Positions 37,465 to 47,092 of a DNA stretch of 64,000 nucleotides are shown piece after piece; within the stretch, counting starts at the first letter, position 1, and each line of letters begins with the position of its first letter. Location: contig JBEKDT010000002.1 in assembly GCA_050014195.1 (NCBI GenBank), positions 123,775 to 187,774 of the forward strand. The letters are read 5' to 3'. The position numbers were made by a program, and so were the translations under genes. Under the pieces are notes generated by a model, which was not told the DNA's origin, did no database searches, and saw only the letters and a list, made by a program, of their open reading frames with translations. Origin of the DNA: Desulfomonilia bacterium. GTDB taxonomy: Bacteria; Desulfobacterota; Desulfomonilia; UBA1062.

Positions 37465-38511
37465 TTATGAGATTCGCTGCGCCAGAGTTGTTATATCCCT
37501 GATGAATTCGTGAATATCCTCATCTGTGGTGTCCCACGAGCACATGAGCCTCACCCCACCCTCGCCGATAAAGGTGTAGAAGCGCCACCCCATCTCATGG
37601 AGACCGTCTATAACAGATGAACGCATCTTCACAAAGACCGAGTTGGCTTCAACCGGGAACATAATCTCTATTCCTCGGATTTGTTTAAGCTCTTCGTGAA
37701 GGAGTCGGGCACAGCGGTTTGCATGCTCGGCATTTTTTAGCCAGATCTCATCACGTAAGAGCCCAATCCACGGGGCTGAGAGAAACCGCATTTTACTGGC
37801 AAGCTGGCCTGCCTGTTTGCACCGGTAATCGAATTCCCGGGCAAGCTCCTTTTCAAAAAAAATGACGGCCTCCCCTGCGGCAATCCCATTCTTTACCCCT
37901 CCGAAGCAGAGCACATCCACACCTGCTTTCCAGGTGATCTCCTTCGGTGCAACCTTCAAGGTAGCCAGGGCATTGGCAAGCCGCGCGCCGTCCATGTGGA
38001 GACGCAATCCCAGGCTTGATGCAAGCCCACCCAGGGCTTTAAGCTGATCCGCCGTATACACGGTGCCCACCTCGGTGGCCTGGGTGATGCTGATGACCTT
38101 CGGTTTGGGATAATGGATGTCGGTTCTCTTCAGGGCGACCTCTTCCACTTCTTTGGGTGATAACTTGCCATTATCTCCTCCTGCCAGGAGGATCTTGGTG
38201 CCGTTTGAAAAGAATTCAGGCGCCCCGCACTCATCGGTCTCGATATGTGCATGCCTTTGACAGATGATACTATGGTACGACTGGCAGAGCGATGCAAGGG
38301 CAAGCGAGTTGGCTGCGGTTCCGTTGAAAACGAAGAACACATCGCAATCTGTCTCAAAAAAATCTCTAATCAAGTTGCAGGCCTGTGCAGTATATTCATC
38401 CTCACCATAGGGAATACAGTGACCTGTATTCGCTCGCGCAAGGGTTTCAAAGGCCTCAGGACAGATACCCGAGTAATTGTCACTCGCAAACTGCCGTCTC
38501 ATTTTCCTCAT
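37465..38511 (-). CDS. ltaE: low-specificity L-threonine aldolase (beta-eliminating lyase family, PLP)
   Basis: 348 aa. FASDNYSG, NGTAANSLAL, HMDGARLANA and FGGVKNG (PLP-Lys region). Confidence 0.85.
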   Translation of the reverse strand: MRKMRRQFASDNYSGICPEAFETLARANTGHCIPYGEDEYTAQACNLIRDFFETDCDVFFVFNGTAANSLALASLCQSYHSIICQRHAHIETDECGAPEFFSNGTKILLAGGDNGKLSPKEVEEVALKRTDIHYPKPKVISITQATEVGTVYTADQLKALGGLASSLGLRLHMDGARLANALATLKVAPKEITWKAGVDVLCFGGVKNGIAAGEAVIFFEKELAREFDYRCKQAGQLASKMRFLSAPWIGLLRDEIWLKNAEHANRCARLLHEELKQIRGIEIMFPVEANSVFVKMRSSVIDGLHEMGWRFYTFIGEGGVRLMCSWDTTDEDIHEFIRDITTLAQRIS

Positions 38512-38532
38512 GGATCTTCCCCTTACCTTCTT

Positions 38533-40023
38533 TCAGTTTGCGGCCAGGGAGCTCCTGTACTCAGAATATTTTGAAACATGGCTCAGGGCCCTGAAGGCAT
38601 ACCCGAGATCGCTGAACACCGGGATGCCTTTCTCGAGAAAGACCTGCCTGGCTTCCCTGATGAGATCCGTTATATCGAGTGAATCCAGGCCCTGCTTGAA
38701 CTCAGGCATCACAAGAATCACGGGTTTGCCGGTGGAGTCCGCAGCATCTCTCATGGCATTGCTGAGCTCCTGATACGGGGTAATCTGCTTCATCGAGTCT
38801 ATTCCCAATCCCATGGCAACGGCCTTGTAGTGGTGCACAAGCTGGATGAGTACCTGGACATCCACCCGAGGGTCGCTGCCGGACTGGAGGAACACATGCC
38901 GGTATGCATCCGGGCCCACCAAGGGGTTTGCGGCGTCAATCGGGTTTCTTGCACTGGATCCGGGCCTGGGAAGCACTTCCAGGATCTTCTCGCTCAAGGA
39001 ATCATCGAATGTGGGCAGATTGACCCCGAACCGTTCGGCCATATCACCGGCGCTTACACCTAAGGCTCCGCCGCCTCCGGCGACACTGATGCCCTGGTAT
39101 TTCATTATGGGAAGCATGGAAAATGCAAGACACGTCTGGGCAAGCTCCCACAGATCCACCACTTGAATGGCCCCGGCCTGGCGCAGTGCAGATTCCCAGA
39201 TTACCTTACTGCCCCCCATGGATGCCGTATGGCTGGCAACAGCCCTGCCTCCTGCTTCTGACAGGCCGCCTTTATTGATGATTACGGGCTTCGTGGCTGC
39301 CACCTGTTTGAGGACCCTGAGGAACTCCCTGCCGTCCTTTACACCCTCCATGTACATGGCAATGACTCTTGTCTCGGGGTCCTTACCGAAGTACTCCAGG
39401 AGCTCTGTCTCTCTCAAGTCTGCCCCGTTGCCGAAGCTGACGACTTTTGAAAATCTCACCCCCATCCACTTGCCGATATGGGCAAAATCTATGGACATGC
39501 CTCCGCTCTGGGATATAAAGGCGACATGCCCGCTTTCACGGGAGAGGTCCGGGCCTGGCAGCAGAGTCAGGCCGCTTGCCGGGCAATAGATGCCGAAACA
39601 GTTAGGCCCGATCACCCTGATCCCTTTGGAAGCAATCTCCTTAATCTCTTGTTCCAGGCCGGCACCCTCCGGAGTGCCGGCCTCAGAAAAGCCTGCAGAA
39701 AGGATCTCGGCGCCTGCAATACCCATGATCCTGCAATTTTCCAAGGTCAGCGGAACATGCCCCGCTGGCACGGCGATAATTGCGAAGTCGACCTGTCCCG
39801 GTATCTCATCGAGACTCCGGTAGATCTTGGAGCCATTGATCTGGCCGCCATTCGGATTAACCGGATAGAGCTCGCCTGCAAAACCTATGGCGTTAAGGGC
39901 GCTCAGGATGCCGCTGCCAAAACCTGTGCCCTTGGGAGATACCCCGATGATGGCCACGCCTCTGGGATGGAAGATGCGATCAAACGCTTCATTGTTGTCT
40001 GCTTGTTCAATAGTACTTTTCAT
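38533..40023 (-). CDS. ADP-forming acyl-CoA synthetase alpha-type protein, second paralog
   Basis: Track ORF runs to 40044. ATG 40023 has GAGGGG upstream. FHPRGVAIIGVS, IGPNCFG, ISQSGG and SHTASMG. No ATP-grasp domain. Confidence 0.75.
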   Translation of the reverse strand: MKSTIEQADNNEAFDRIFHPRGVAIIGVSPKGTGFGSGILSALNAIGFAGELYPVNPNGGQINGSKIYRSLDEIPGQVDFAIIAVPAGHVPLTLENCRIMGIAGAEILSAGFSEAGTPEGAGLEQEIKEIASKGIRVIGPNCFGIYCPASGLTLLPGPDLSRESGHVAFISQSGGMSIDFAHIGKWMGVRFSKVVSFGNGADLRETELLEYFGKDPETRVIAMYMEGVKDGREFLRVLKQVAATKPVIINKGGLSEAGGRAVASHTASMGGSKVIWESALRQAGAIQVVDLWELAQTCLAFSMLPIMKYQGISVAGGGGALGVSAGDMAERFGVNLPTFDDSLSEKILEVLPRPGSSARNPIDAANPLVGPDAYRHVFLQSGSDPRVDVQVLIQLVHHYKAVAMGLGIDSMKQITPYQELSNAMRDAADSTGKPVILVMPEFKQGLDSLDITDLIREARQVFLEKGIPVFSDLGYAFRALSHVSKYSEYRSSLAAN

Positions 40024-40189
40024 GGTGACCCCTCGCTTAGACATGATGACTCATGGACCTCTCAATATCATTCTTTCTGTTTCCCGGGAATTTGTCAATC
40101 CTGACAGGATGGAACAAGGATATCTTTACAGGTCAGTCCGGCAACATTATACTAGTCACGGTACACTCATGAAAGAGCGGTAGGGGGCT

Positions 40190-41125
40190 ATGCCCAAAGA
40201 AAACACCCATCTTCATTTTGCATATGGTCTGCTTGAAGAGTTCCGGGGGCAGGACATCCTGAAGGATGTCTCTGAACATATCCGGCAGTATCTTTTGGGC
40301 TCCATCATCCCGGATACATGCTATTATGGCGTCAGCGCTTCTCTTAGGCGCATCTCCGAGACATTTCACGGCAAGGACGGAAACCCTACCAACACCACCA
40401 TCGTGCAGGTGCTCGACCATACACAGGACCTGAAGGATCTAGCTTTCATATGTGGGTATATCTCACATTGTGCCCTGGACATCACCTTTCACCCGGTCAT
40501 CTACTATCTCTCGGGTAATTACTATGATAAATCCCCTGAAAAGAGGACCCATGCCGTCTACCTTCACCGACACCTTGAAACCTGCCTCGATATCGACATT
40601 CAGAACACCATGCAGCTTCACAGGCTCATCAGGACAGTATATCTGAAAGGACTCATCTTTGAAGATATCATCTCACATGAATTCCAGGTATCAATAAAGG
40701 GCATAAGAAATTCTCTGAGAAGACAGATCGTCTATAACATGCTGTTCACGAGCATGGCGGCTTATCGCCTTGCCAAGGTATGCTCACGTGTCGGTCTGTT
40801 CAAAGATTCCTCACAACTCGGACTCTTCTATGGGGATGCAGAACAGGGTGAGCGTTTGCCATCCGTGATCGAAGTAGCCGATCTCGTGGACGGCCATGAA
40901 CGGTCCACGACGCTTAGCAATCTTTTTCAAGATGCCCGTACATTAGCCAAGGCCATGATAGAAGCTGCGTTCGGCTATTGGAATAAAAGATTAAGCCTTG
41001 CCGAAATGCTCCAGGTCATACCAGGCTTGAGTCTTGACACGGGCAAGCTCGGAATAAGCGCTTCAAGTGTTCACTACACCAGGGAAGGTGTTATGAATGT
41101 AATGGGGCAATCTTCGATATTATGA
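40190..41125 (+). CDS. zinc-dependent phospholipase C-like family protein
   Basis: 311 aa. N-terminal THLHFAYGLL, GSIIPD and GYISHCALDITFHP His/Asp pattern, as in the Zn_dep_PLPC-like family. This is a family-level call only. Confidence 0.55.
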   Translation: MPKENTHLHFAYGLLEEFRGQDILKDVSEHIRQYLLGSIIPDTCYYGVSASLRRISETFHGKDGNPTNTTIVQVLDHTQDLKDLAFICGYISHCALDITFHPVIYYLSGNYYDKSPEKRTHAVYLHRHLETCLDIDIQNTMQLHRLIRTVYLKGLIFEDIISHEFQVSIKGIRNSLRRQIVYNMLFTSMAAYRLAKVCSRVGLFKDSSQLGLFYGDAEQGERLPSVIEVADLVDGHERSTTLSNLFQDARTLAKAMIEAAFGYWNKRLSLAEMLQVIPGLSLDTGKLGISASSVHYTREGVMNVMGQSSIL

Positions 41126-41153
41126 AATTCGCTGATTCTCCGAAAGGTTTTCC

Positions 41154-41360
41154 ATGGCGTTTGTGCGGATGAAAGGTGTTGAAGGTCTGGTATATGTCCC
41201 AGAGGATAATGGGGGCTCGAAGAAACATTCATGTGATGACTGTTATTACTGCCAATGGTGCAGCGATAACAGATGTGAGCTGTGCCTCGAAACGAAACCC
41301 TGCAACAAGACCAAATGCCCTACAGGGATTATTTCACTTAAGGATGTCAAACGGGGTTAA
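41154..41360 (+). CDS. small cysteine-rich protein (8 Cys, CX2CX2CX2CX4CX2C core)
   Basis: 68 aa. It starts 28 nt after the PLC-like gene. ...HSCDDCYYCQWCSDNRCELCLETKPCNKTKCPTG... No family recognised. Confidence 0.5.
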   Translation: MAFVRMKGVEGLVYVPEDNGGSKKHSCDDCYYCQWCSDNRCELCLETKPCNKTKCPTGIISLKDVKRG

Positions 41361-41400
41361 ATCATCTAAAATCAGTTATCTTATCCCGCTATTTCCAACA

Positions 41401-41937
41401 TTAGATATTCGCCGCCATTGTCGCGGTTGATGGAACATCACTCAAGTGCTCTCCATAATGGGTAAACTTGATAGTTTTATCCGGGGCAACAATAAAAACA
41501 GCGGGAAGCTGTGTCTCTTTACCTTCGAATTTCCCGTGCTTGTACCCCTGAAGGGTTGCCTTGATAGCCATAATCAGACCTGCCGGATGCATATATCTGA
41601 GGATACTGCCAGGCTCCACATGATACAGCTTAAAAAGATCACCCTTTGGATCGCAAATGATGGTAAACGGCCAGTCTTCTTTCTTGGTGGCTGATGCGAC
41701 CGTTTCGGGAGAGCTTTGAATGATGACAAAAAGCACTGCCTTTTTTTGTTCAATGAGATTGATCTCGCGCTTCAGATTTGCCATATCGATCTGGCAGATA
41801 GGACAACCAAGGTAACGGAGAAAGACCAGAACCGCCGGGTTACCGTTCATTGCTTCATAAAAACCTCTCTCACCTTCCCATGGTGTTTTGAATAGAAAGT
41901 CAGGGGCCTTGTCGCCGACTTTAAGTTTTGCATTCAT
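41401..41937 (-). CDS. AhpC/TSA-family peroxiredoxin-like protein
   Basis: 178 aa. VGDKAPDF...VLVFLRYLGCPICQ thioredoxin-fold active-site region. Confidence 0.8.
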   Translation of the reverse strand: MNAKLKVGDKAPDFLFKTPWEGERGFYEAMNGNPAVLVFLRYLGCPICQIDMANLKREINLIEQKKAVLFVIIQSSPETVASATKKEDWPFTIICDPKGDLFKLYHVEPGSILRYMHPAGLIMAIKATLQGYKHGKFEGKETQLPAVFIVAPDKTIKFTHYGEHLSDVPSTATMAANI

Positions 41938-41997
41938 CTTAATATCCTCCTGGTATCTTCTCTCCGTATCAGCCCTTATGGTACCTGCAGGTAACTC

Positions 41998-43035
41998 TCA
42001 AACGAAGACCCCTACCATCCTTTTCTCGATGGTCTCGGCCTCCCTCACGATCCGATCGAACAGTTCCTTGACCGAAGGTTCATCGTGAATCAGGCCGGTA
42101 CACTGGCCCACCGGCAGCACGCCCTTCTGAAGATTGCCTTCTTCGGTTGCCAGCTGGAAGGCCTTGGAGGCATTAGCCAGGTAGGCAAGCTGCTTTGCGT
42201 TCTTCCATCCGGACAGCAATACGCCGATGAACAGCTTGATGAATGGAAGGCGGAGCGTCTTCGCAATATCCTGCGCATTGATGAATGCCGCGGGCAGGTT
42301 CAATCCGCGCCGTTTGACACGCTCGGCCGTATCGGTCTTGAGGACGCGGCACCACAGCCCATCGATACGCTTCGAGTAGAGGGTGTCCGTGACATCCATC
42401 TTAATGGATAGGTCTTTGTAATTCTGGTGAAGGGGACTTTCCTTGGTCGTCATCAGCCTGGTTCCCATTGCGATTCCTTCTGCGCCCAGGGCAATCGCTG
42501 CTGCGAGACCCCTCCCGTCAGCAATCCCTCCGGCCGCCACCACGGGGATAGTAAGGGCATCGACAAGGCTTGGTATGAGGCAGAACGTGGTGACGAATTC
42601 ACCATGGGCCGCAGCCTCATTGCCCGTGGCGATCACTGCATCGCACCCGTATTCCTGGGCACGCTTGGCATGGCGGGCACTTACCACGGTGGCCATAACC
42701 TTGCCCCCGTATTTATGGGCCTCCTGCACGATCCAGTCTCCTTTGCCAAGGGCAAAGTTGATCACCGGGACCTGCTCTTCCAAAAGGACCTTTGCAGATT
42801 CCTTGGCGCCAGGAAACAGCAGTGATGCATTGGCCCCGAAAGGCCTGTCTGTGAGCTTGCGGATTTGCCTTATTGATTCTCTGGTCGTATCCTTGTCAAG
42901 GGGGCCTGTGGCGAGAATCCCCAGACCGCCTGCATTTGAAACCGCAGCCACCATCTTGGGCACGCTGATCCAGCTCATCCCGGACAGCAAAATGGGGTAC
43001 TGAGTCCCCAACATCTCGGTAATCCTGGTTTTCAT
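41998..43035 (-). CDS. NAD(P)H-dependent flavin oxidoreductase (nitronate monooxygenase / FabK-like)
   Basis: 345 aa. YPILLSGMSWIS, VVAAGGIADGRG and GAEGIAMGTRL motifs of the NMO/FabK TIM-barrel family. Confidence 0.8.
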   Translation of the reverse strand: MKTRITEMLGTQYPILLSGMSWISVPKMVAAVSNAGGLGILATGPLDKDTTRESIRQIRKLTDRPFGANASLLFPGAKESAKVLLEEQVPVINFALGKGDWIVQEAHKYGGKVMATVVSARHAKRAQEYGCDAVIATGNEAAAHGEFVTTFCLIPSLVDALTIPVVAAGGIADGRGLAAAIALGAEGIAMGTRLMTTKESPLHQNYKDLSIKMDVTDTLYSKRIDGLWCRVLKTDTAERVKRRGLNLPAAFINAQDIAKTLRLPFIKLFIGVLLSGWKNAKQLAYLANASKAFQLATEEGNLQKGVLPVGQCTGLIHDEPSVKELFDRIVREAETIEKRMVGVFV

Positions 43036-43084
43036 ACTACTCCTCCTGGAAGCTCGGTTCGGTTATTGACAAACCAAGTGAACA

Positions 43085-44221
43085 TTAAAATCCTTCCATG
43101 CGCGCGATGATCTCGCACATGACTTCATCCGCACCTGCGCCGATGGACATGATGCGGGAATCCCTGAAATAGCGTGAGATCAGCGTCTCATTCATGAATC
43201 CCATGCCCCCGAACATCTGCAGGCATCCGCTTGCCACCTCGGAGATCAGCTGCCCGGCATAGAGCTTTCCCATGGATATCTCTCGGGTGACATCAAGCCC
43301 TTTCATCTTCATGCGGACGATATGGTAGGATAATTGTTTCAGGCATTCATTCTTCATGAGCCACCCGGCCAGCCGGTGCCGCAGCACCTGTTTTGTAATG
43401 AGGGGTTTGCCGAAGACAATCCGCTGCCTCAAATACTGAACCGTCATATCGATCATGTCGCGAACGCACACATAGGTCCCCGGCAAGACTGCAAACCGCT
43501 CATGCTGGAACTGCTGCATCTGATAAATAAACCCCTCCCCTTCAAAGCCTATCAGGTTCTCGGCAGGCACCGTGACGTTGTCGAAAAAGAGCTCAGCCGT
43601 ATCGCTGCTCCTCAGGCCCACCTTGTCGAGTTTCTTGCTCACGGAAAAGCCTGGGAGATTTGTCGGCACTACAAAAAGACTGAACGAATGATACCCCTGA
43701 TCATCCCCTGAACGCGCGAGCAAGGTCAGGAAGTCTGCCTGGGTGCCGTTGGTTATAAATGTTTTAGAGCCATTGATTATATAGCTGTCACCATGCTTTA
43801 CGGCCCGTGTCCTGATGGCAAAGACATCGGAGCCGGCATCGGGCTCTGTGACTGCAATAGCCGATACCATGTCGCCCGCGATAGCCGCTTTCAAATATGT
43901 CTCTTTCAGGTACTCGCTCCCATGAGCAGCAATGACAGGTGTAGCCATATTCGTCTGGACGGCAATGGCCGTGGATACACCCATTCCGTGGATATGCCCG
44001 ATCTCCTCGAGCAGGACGGTCTCATACCAGTAGTCAAGACCCAAGCCCCCGTACCGTGTATCATAACGGATACCTAAAAATCCGAGGTCCCCCATCTTTT
44101 TGAACAGGTCATGGAGCGGAGCAGTCTTTTCCTCCCATTCATCCATGGAGGGATTAATTTCCTTGTCCACGAATTTCTTTATAGAAGCCCGAAAAGCCTC
44201 GTGTGTCTCGTCAAAATACAT
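43085..44221 (-). CDS. acyl-CoA dehydrogenase
   Basis: 378 aa. AVTEPDAGSD, GSKTFITNG and a C-terminal QMFGGMGF...IGAGADEV. Confidence 0.9.
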   Translation of the reverse strand: MYFDETHEAFRASIKKFVDKEINPSMDEWEEKTAPLHDLFKKMGDLGFLGIRYDTRYGGLGLDYWYETVLLEEIGHIHGMGVSTAIAVQTNMATPVIAAHGSEYLKETYLKAAIAGDMVSAIAVTEPDAGSDVFAIRTRAVKHGDSYIINGSKTFITNGTQADFLTLLARSGDDQGYHSFSLFVVPTNLPGFSVSKKLDKVGLRSSDTAELFFDNVTVPAENLIGFEGEGFIYQMQQFQHERFAVLPGTYVCVRDMIDMTVQYLRQRIVFGKPLITKQVLRHRLAGWLMKNECLKQLSYHIVRMKMKGLDVTREISMGKLYAGQLISEVASGCLQMFGGMGFMNETLISRYFRDSRIMSIGAGADEVMCEIIARMEGF

Positions 44222-44346
44222 CCCGACCTCCCCTTTTTCTTAAGCGCCGTATCCGGAGTGAACCCCTTCATCCAGCCACATGGGTAGAGTTGCGAGTATA
44301 GCGTGCAATCTCTTAAGCATTAATCCCTTACCGGTTGCTGCACCTG

Positions 44347-46125
44347 TCAGACAGGTACTATGGATTCCGGCATCTCCACAAGGCGTGCCCGCAGATATTC
44401 GCCCAGGGTCTTTGCCTGGGGGTCCATACGGAAAGAAGCCGCTGCGCCCTCCCCCAGGATACCCTTGATATAGAAGTTCACGGCCAGCAGATTGGGCAGC
44501 TCATAACGGTCGATCTCATAGTCCTTCAAGTCCAGGAGCATACTTTTAAGCCTTTCTGTGGTCAGAAATTTCTGAAGGAAGGCATATGCATGGAGCGTCT
44601 TTGCCCATACACCGAGATTTGCATTGCCCCCCTTATCGCCCGAGCGGGTTGCAAACACCCGTCCGAACGGTACACGGGTAGTCTTGCCGCCGGGTGCAGC
44701 AGGCACATCTATCGTAAGGGGCTTTGGTGCGACAAACCCTTTCACAGACTTCACGCACTCCACAATGAATTCCTTGTCCTGAACCACTACCTTCTGGTGA
44801 ATCCGGCTGCTGGAAACAAGTGCCGGCCAGTACACGATTGCGGGCGTCCCCTTGGCAGGGGGGGCTGTACCGGTAAAGCCGGGGATATTGGCAAGGGCAA
44901 GCTCCACGATCTTGGACGAGATCTTGTCCACCTTTTTCTGGTCCGGGTCGATAACGGTGATGCGCAGATATGCGAAGGCCTCCTCATTTGTATCAGGGTC
45001 ATCCTTGTTGGACCGGATAAGCTGGATCTCGGCCTTCTGGAACTGCCCTTTCCCTCCGAGGGCATCGAAGAGCGCCTCTTCAAGGATGCGGGCCTTCTTA
45101 TCGATGTCCAGTCCGGTAAGGATCACGGTCATGGAGTTTCGATAGCCGCCCAAGGTGTTGATGCAGACCTTTGCCGTGGCGGTTGGTGGTTCCCCCTTGA
45201 CACCCTCCACTTTTACGCGGTCAGAACCTTGCTGGGAGACCCTTATGGTGTCGAAGCGGGCAACCATGTCCGGGGTCAGATAGCGTGGATCGCTGATCTC
45301 ATAGAGGAGCTGCGCCTTGACCGTATCCACCGAGACAAGTCCCCCGGTTCCCGGATGCTTGGTGATGACAAAGGAGCCGTCACAAAAGATTTCCGCAATG
45401 GGGAAACCCACCTTTTTGAAGTCCGGGACCTCATCGATGAATGAATAGTTGCCGCCGGTGGCCTGGGCCCCGCACTCGATGATATGCCCGGCCGTAGTCG
45501 CCCCTGCCAGCCTGTCCCACTCATCCTGCTTCCATCCGTGCCACCAGGCAGCAGGGCCGACTACGAGAGAGGCGTCCGCTATTCGGCCGCCCACCACAAT
45601 ATCAGCCCCCTCTTCCAGGGCCTTCACGATTCCCCAGCACCCCAGATAGGCATTTGCGGATATGACAATGGCCTTGGAATCTTTCAGGGCGATCCCCTTG
45701 TCCAGGTGGGTTAAATCCTCACCGGATGCCTGGAGCTCTGCAAGGCGAGGCATGAGGTCATCCCCCTCGATATAGGCGATTTTCGGGTGCAGGCCCAGCC
45801 CGCCGGCGATGCGCGTCAGCTCTGCGGCAAGCCCCTTGGGATTCAGTCCGCCTGCGTTCGATACCACACGGATCTTTTTATCGAGGCATTCACCCATGAT
45901 CTGTTCCATCTGCCTCAAAAAGGTCGAGGCGTAGCCGCCATTTACGTCCTTCATCTTAGTCCTGAAGAGGATAGCCATGGTCAGCTCTGCAAGATAATCA
46001 CCCGTGAGAAAATCAATAGGCCCACCCTGCACCATCTCTTTTGCAGCGCTCAGGCGGTCGCCGAAGAATCCGCTGCAGTTGGCGATGGTGACCTTGTCCC
46101 TGTTTTTGCGATCATTGACACCCAT
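44347..46125 (-). CDS. AtuA-family (DUF1446) protein
   Basis: Track start is 46131. ATG 46125 has better spacing to AGGAGG. The N-terminus IANCSGFFGDRLSAAKEMVQGGPIDFLTGDYLAELTMAIL is the DUF1446/AtuA signature. Its length of about 590 aa is typical. Confidence 0.8.
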   Translation of the reverse strand: MGVNDRKNRDKVTIANCSGFFGDRLSAAKEMVQGGPIDFLTGDYLAELTMAILFRTKMKDVNGGYASTFLRQMEQIMGECLDKKIRVVSNAGGLNPKGLAAELTRIAGGLGLHPKIAYIEGDDLMPRLAELQASGEDLTHLDKGIALKDSKAIVISANAYLGCWGIVKALEEGADIVVGGRIADASLVVGPAAWWHGWKQDEWDRLAGATTAGHIIECGAQATGGNYSFIDEVPDFKKVGFPIAEIFCDGSFVITKHPGTGGLVSVDTVKAQLLYEISDPRYLTPDMVARFDTIRVSQQGSDRVKVEGVKGEPPTATAKVCINTLGGYRNSMTVILTGLDIDKKARILEEALFDALGGKGQFQKAEIQLIRSNKDDPDTNEEAFAYLRITVIDPDQKKVDKISSKIVELALANIPGFTGTAPPAKGTPAIVYWPALVSSSRIHQKVVVQDKEFIVECVKSVKGFVAPKPLTIDVPAAPGGKTTRVPFGRVFATRSGDKGGNANLGVWAKTLHAYAFLQKFLTTERLKSMLLDLKDYEIDRYELPNLLAVNFYIKGILGEGAAASFRMDPQAKTLGEYLRARLVEMPESIVPV

Positions 46126-46191
46126 GCGCATCCTCCTTTGTCCTCTAACATCCGTTCAATGTGCTGTGCATTTCTTTTGATGAATCTACTA

Positions 46192-46293
46192 CTCCCTCTC
46201 CCTTGACGGGAGAGGGTTGGGGTGAGGGTGATAAAGGCTGAAACAACATGTTCAACCCCCCTCCCCTTAATCCCCTCCCACCAGGGGAGGGGA
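46192..46293. repeat. composite GC-rich palindromic element (two opposed GGGAGAGGG/GGGTGAGGG-type units)
   Basis: CTCCCTCTCCC-TTGAC-GGGAGAGGG-TTGGGGTGAGGGTGA ... AACCCCCCTCCCC-TTAA-TCCCCTCCC-ACCA-GGGGAGGGGA. It is related to the element at 50811-50921. Confidence 0.8.
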
Positions 46294-46321
46294 TATCAGT
46301 CTTTTTTCGAATACATAAATT

Positions 46322-47092
46322 TTATCTCCCTTTAAAGACTGGCTGCCGCTTCTCGATGAACGCCGTAATGCCTTCCAGGGCGTCCTCGGTGGAGGCCACC
46401 TCGGCGATCTTTCCGGACAGGTAGTCCAGGGCCTCTTCCAGCTTCATGCCTTCAGCTGCATGGAAGGCCTCCTTGCCGATCTTCATGCCGATGGGGCTCT
46501 TGGCTGTGAGGCTTTTCAAGACTGCGTCAATTGCACTGTCCAGCTCTCCTGCAGGCACTACCCTGGTGATCAGACCCAGGGCAAGTGCATCGGATGCCTT
46601 GATCCTCTCTGCCAGCAGGATCATCTCCATGGCCTTCTTCCTCGGTACGTTCCGGAATATAAGGGCACCTATCATCATGGGCCACAGGCCCACATTGACC
46701 TCGGGCGTGCCGAACTGCGAGTCGTCGCCGGCAATGACGATGTCGCAGGCGAGCATGAAACCCATCCCTCCTGCCAGGCAGTATCCCTTCACCCGGGCAA
46801 CAGTGGGCTTCGGGAATGATGCGAGTCGCTTCAGGAGCTGTGCATACTTTGCAAACACCTTCTTGCCTTCTGTGGACAGGCTGTCACCCAGCTGTGCACC
46901 CGTGCAGAAGGCCTTGTCCCCTGCCCCGGTGACCAGCACGGCTTTGACATCCGCATCTTTTTCAGCGCTGTCCAGATATTCCAGAAACAGATGTATGGCC
47001 TCGGGAGTAATGGCGTTTCTCTGCTGCTCCCGGTTAATCGTGATATGGGCTACATTGTTTTCCACACGGTAGAGAAGGTGTTCATCCGGCAT
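46322..47092 (-). CDS. enoyl-CoA hydratase/isomerase (crotonase) family
   Basis: Track ORF runs to 47179. ATG 47092 gives MPDEHLLYRVENNVAHITINREQQRNA. Oxyanion-hole region GAGDKAFCTGA...GYCLAGG. Confidence 0.88.
   Translation of the reverse strand: MPDEHLLYRVENNVAHITINREQQRNAITPEAIHLFLEYLDSAEKDADVKAVLVTGAGDKAFCTGAQLGDSLSTEGKKVFAKYAQLLKRLASFPKPTVARVKGYCLAGGMGFMLACDIVIAGDDSQFGTPEVNVGLWPMMIGALIFRNVPRKKAMEMILLAERIKASDALALGLITRVVPAGELDSAIDAVLKSLTAKSPIGMKIGKEAFHAAEGMKLEEALDYLSGKIAEVASTEDALEGITAFIEKRQPVFKGR

Noticed and set aside
44335-45444. 369 aa plus-strand ORF
   Set aside because: It lies entirely antisense to the well-supported AtuA-family gene. Its composition is low-complexity and Gly/Arg/His-rich, typical of a shadow ORF.
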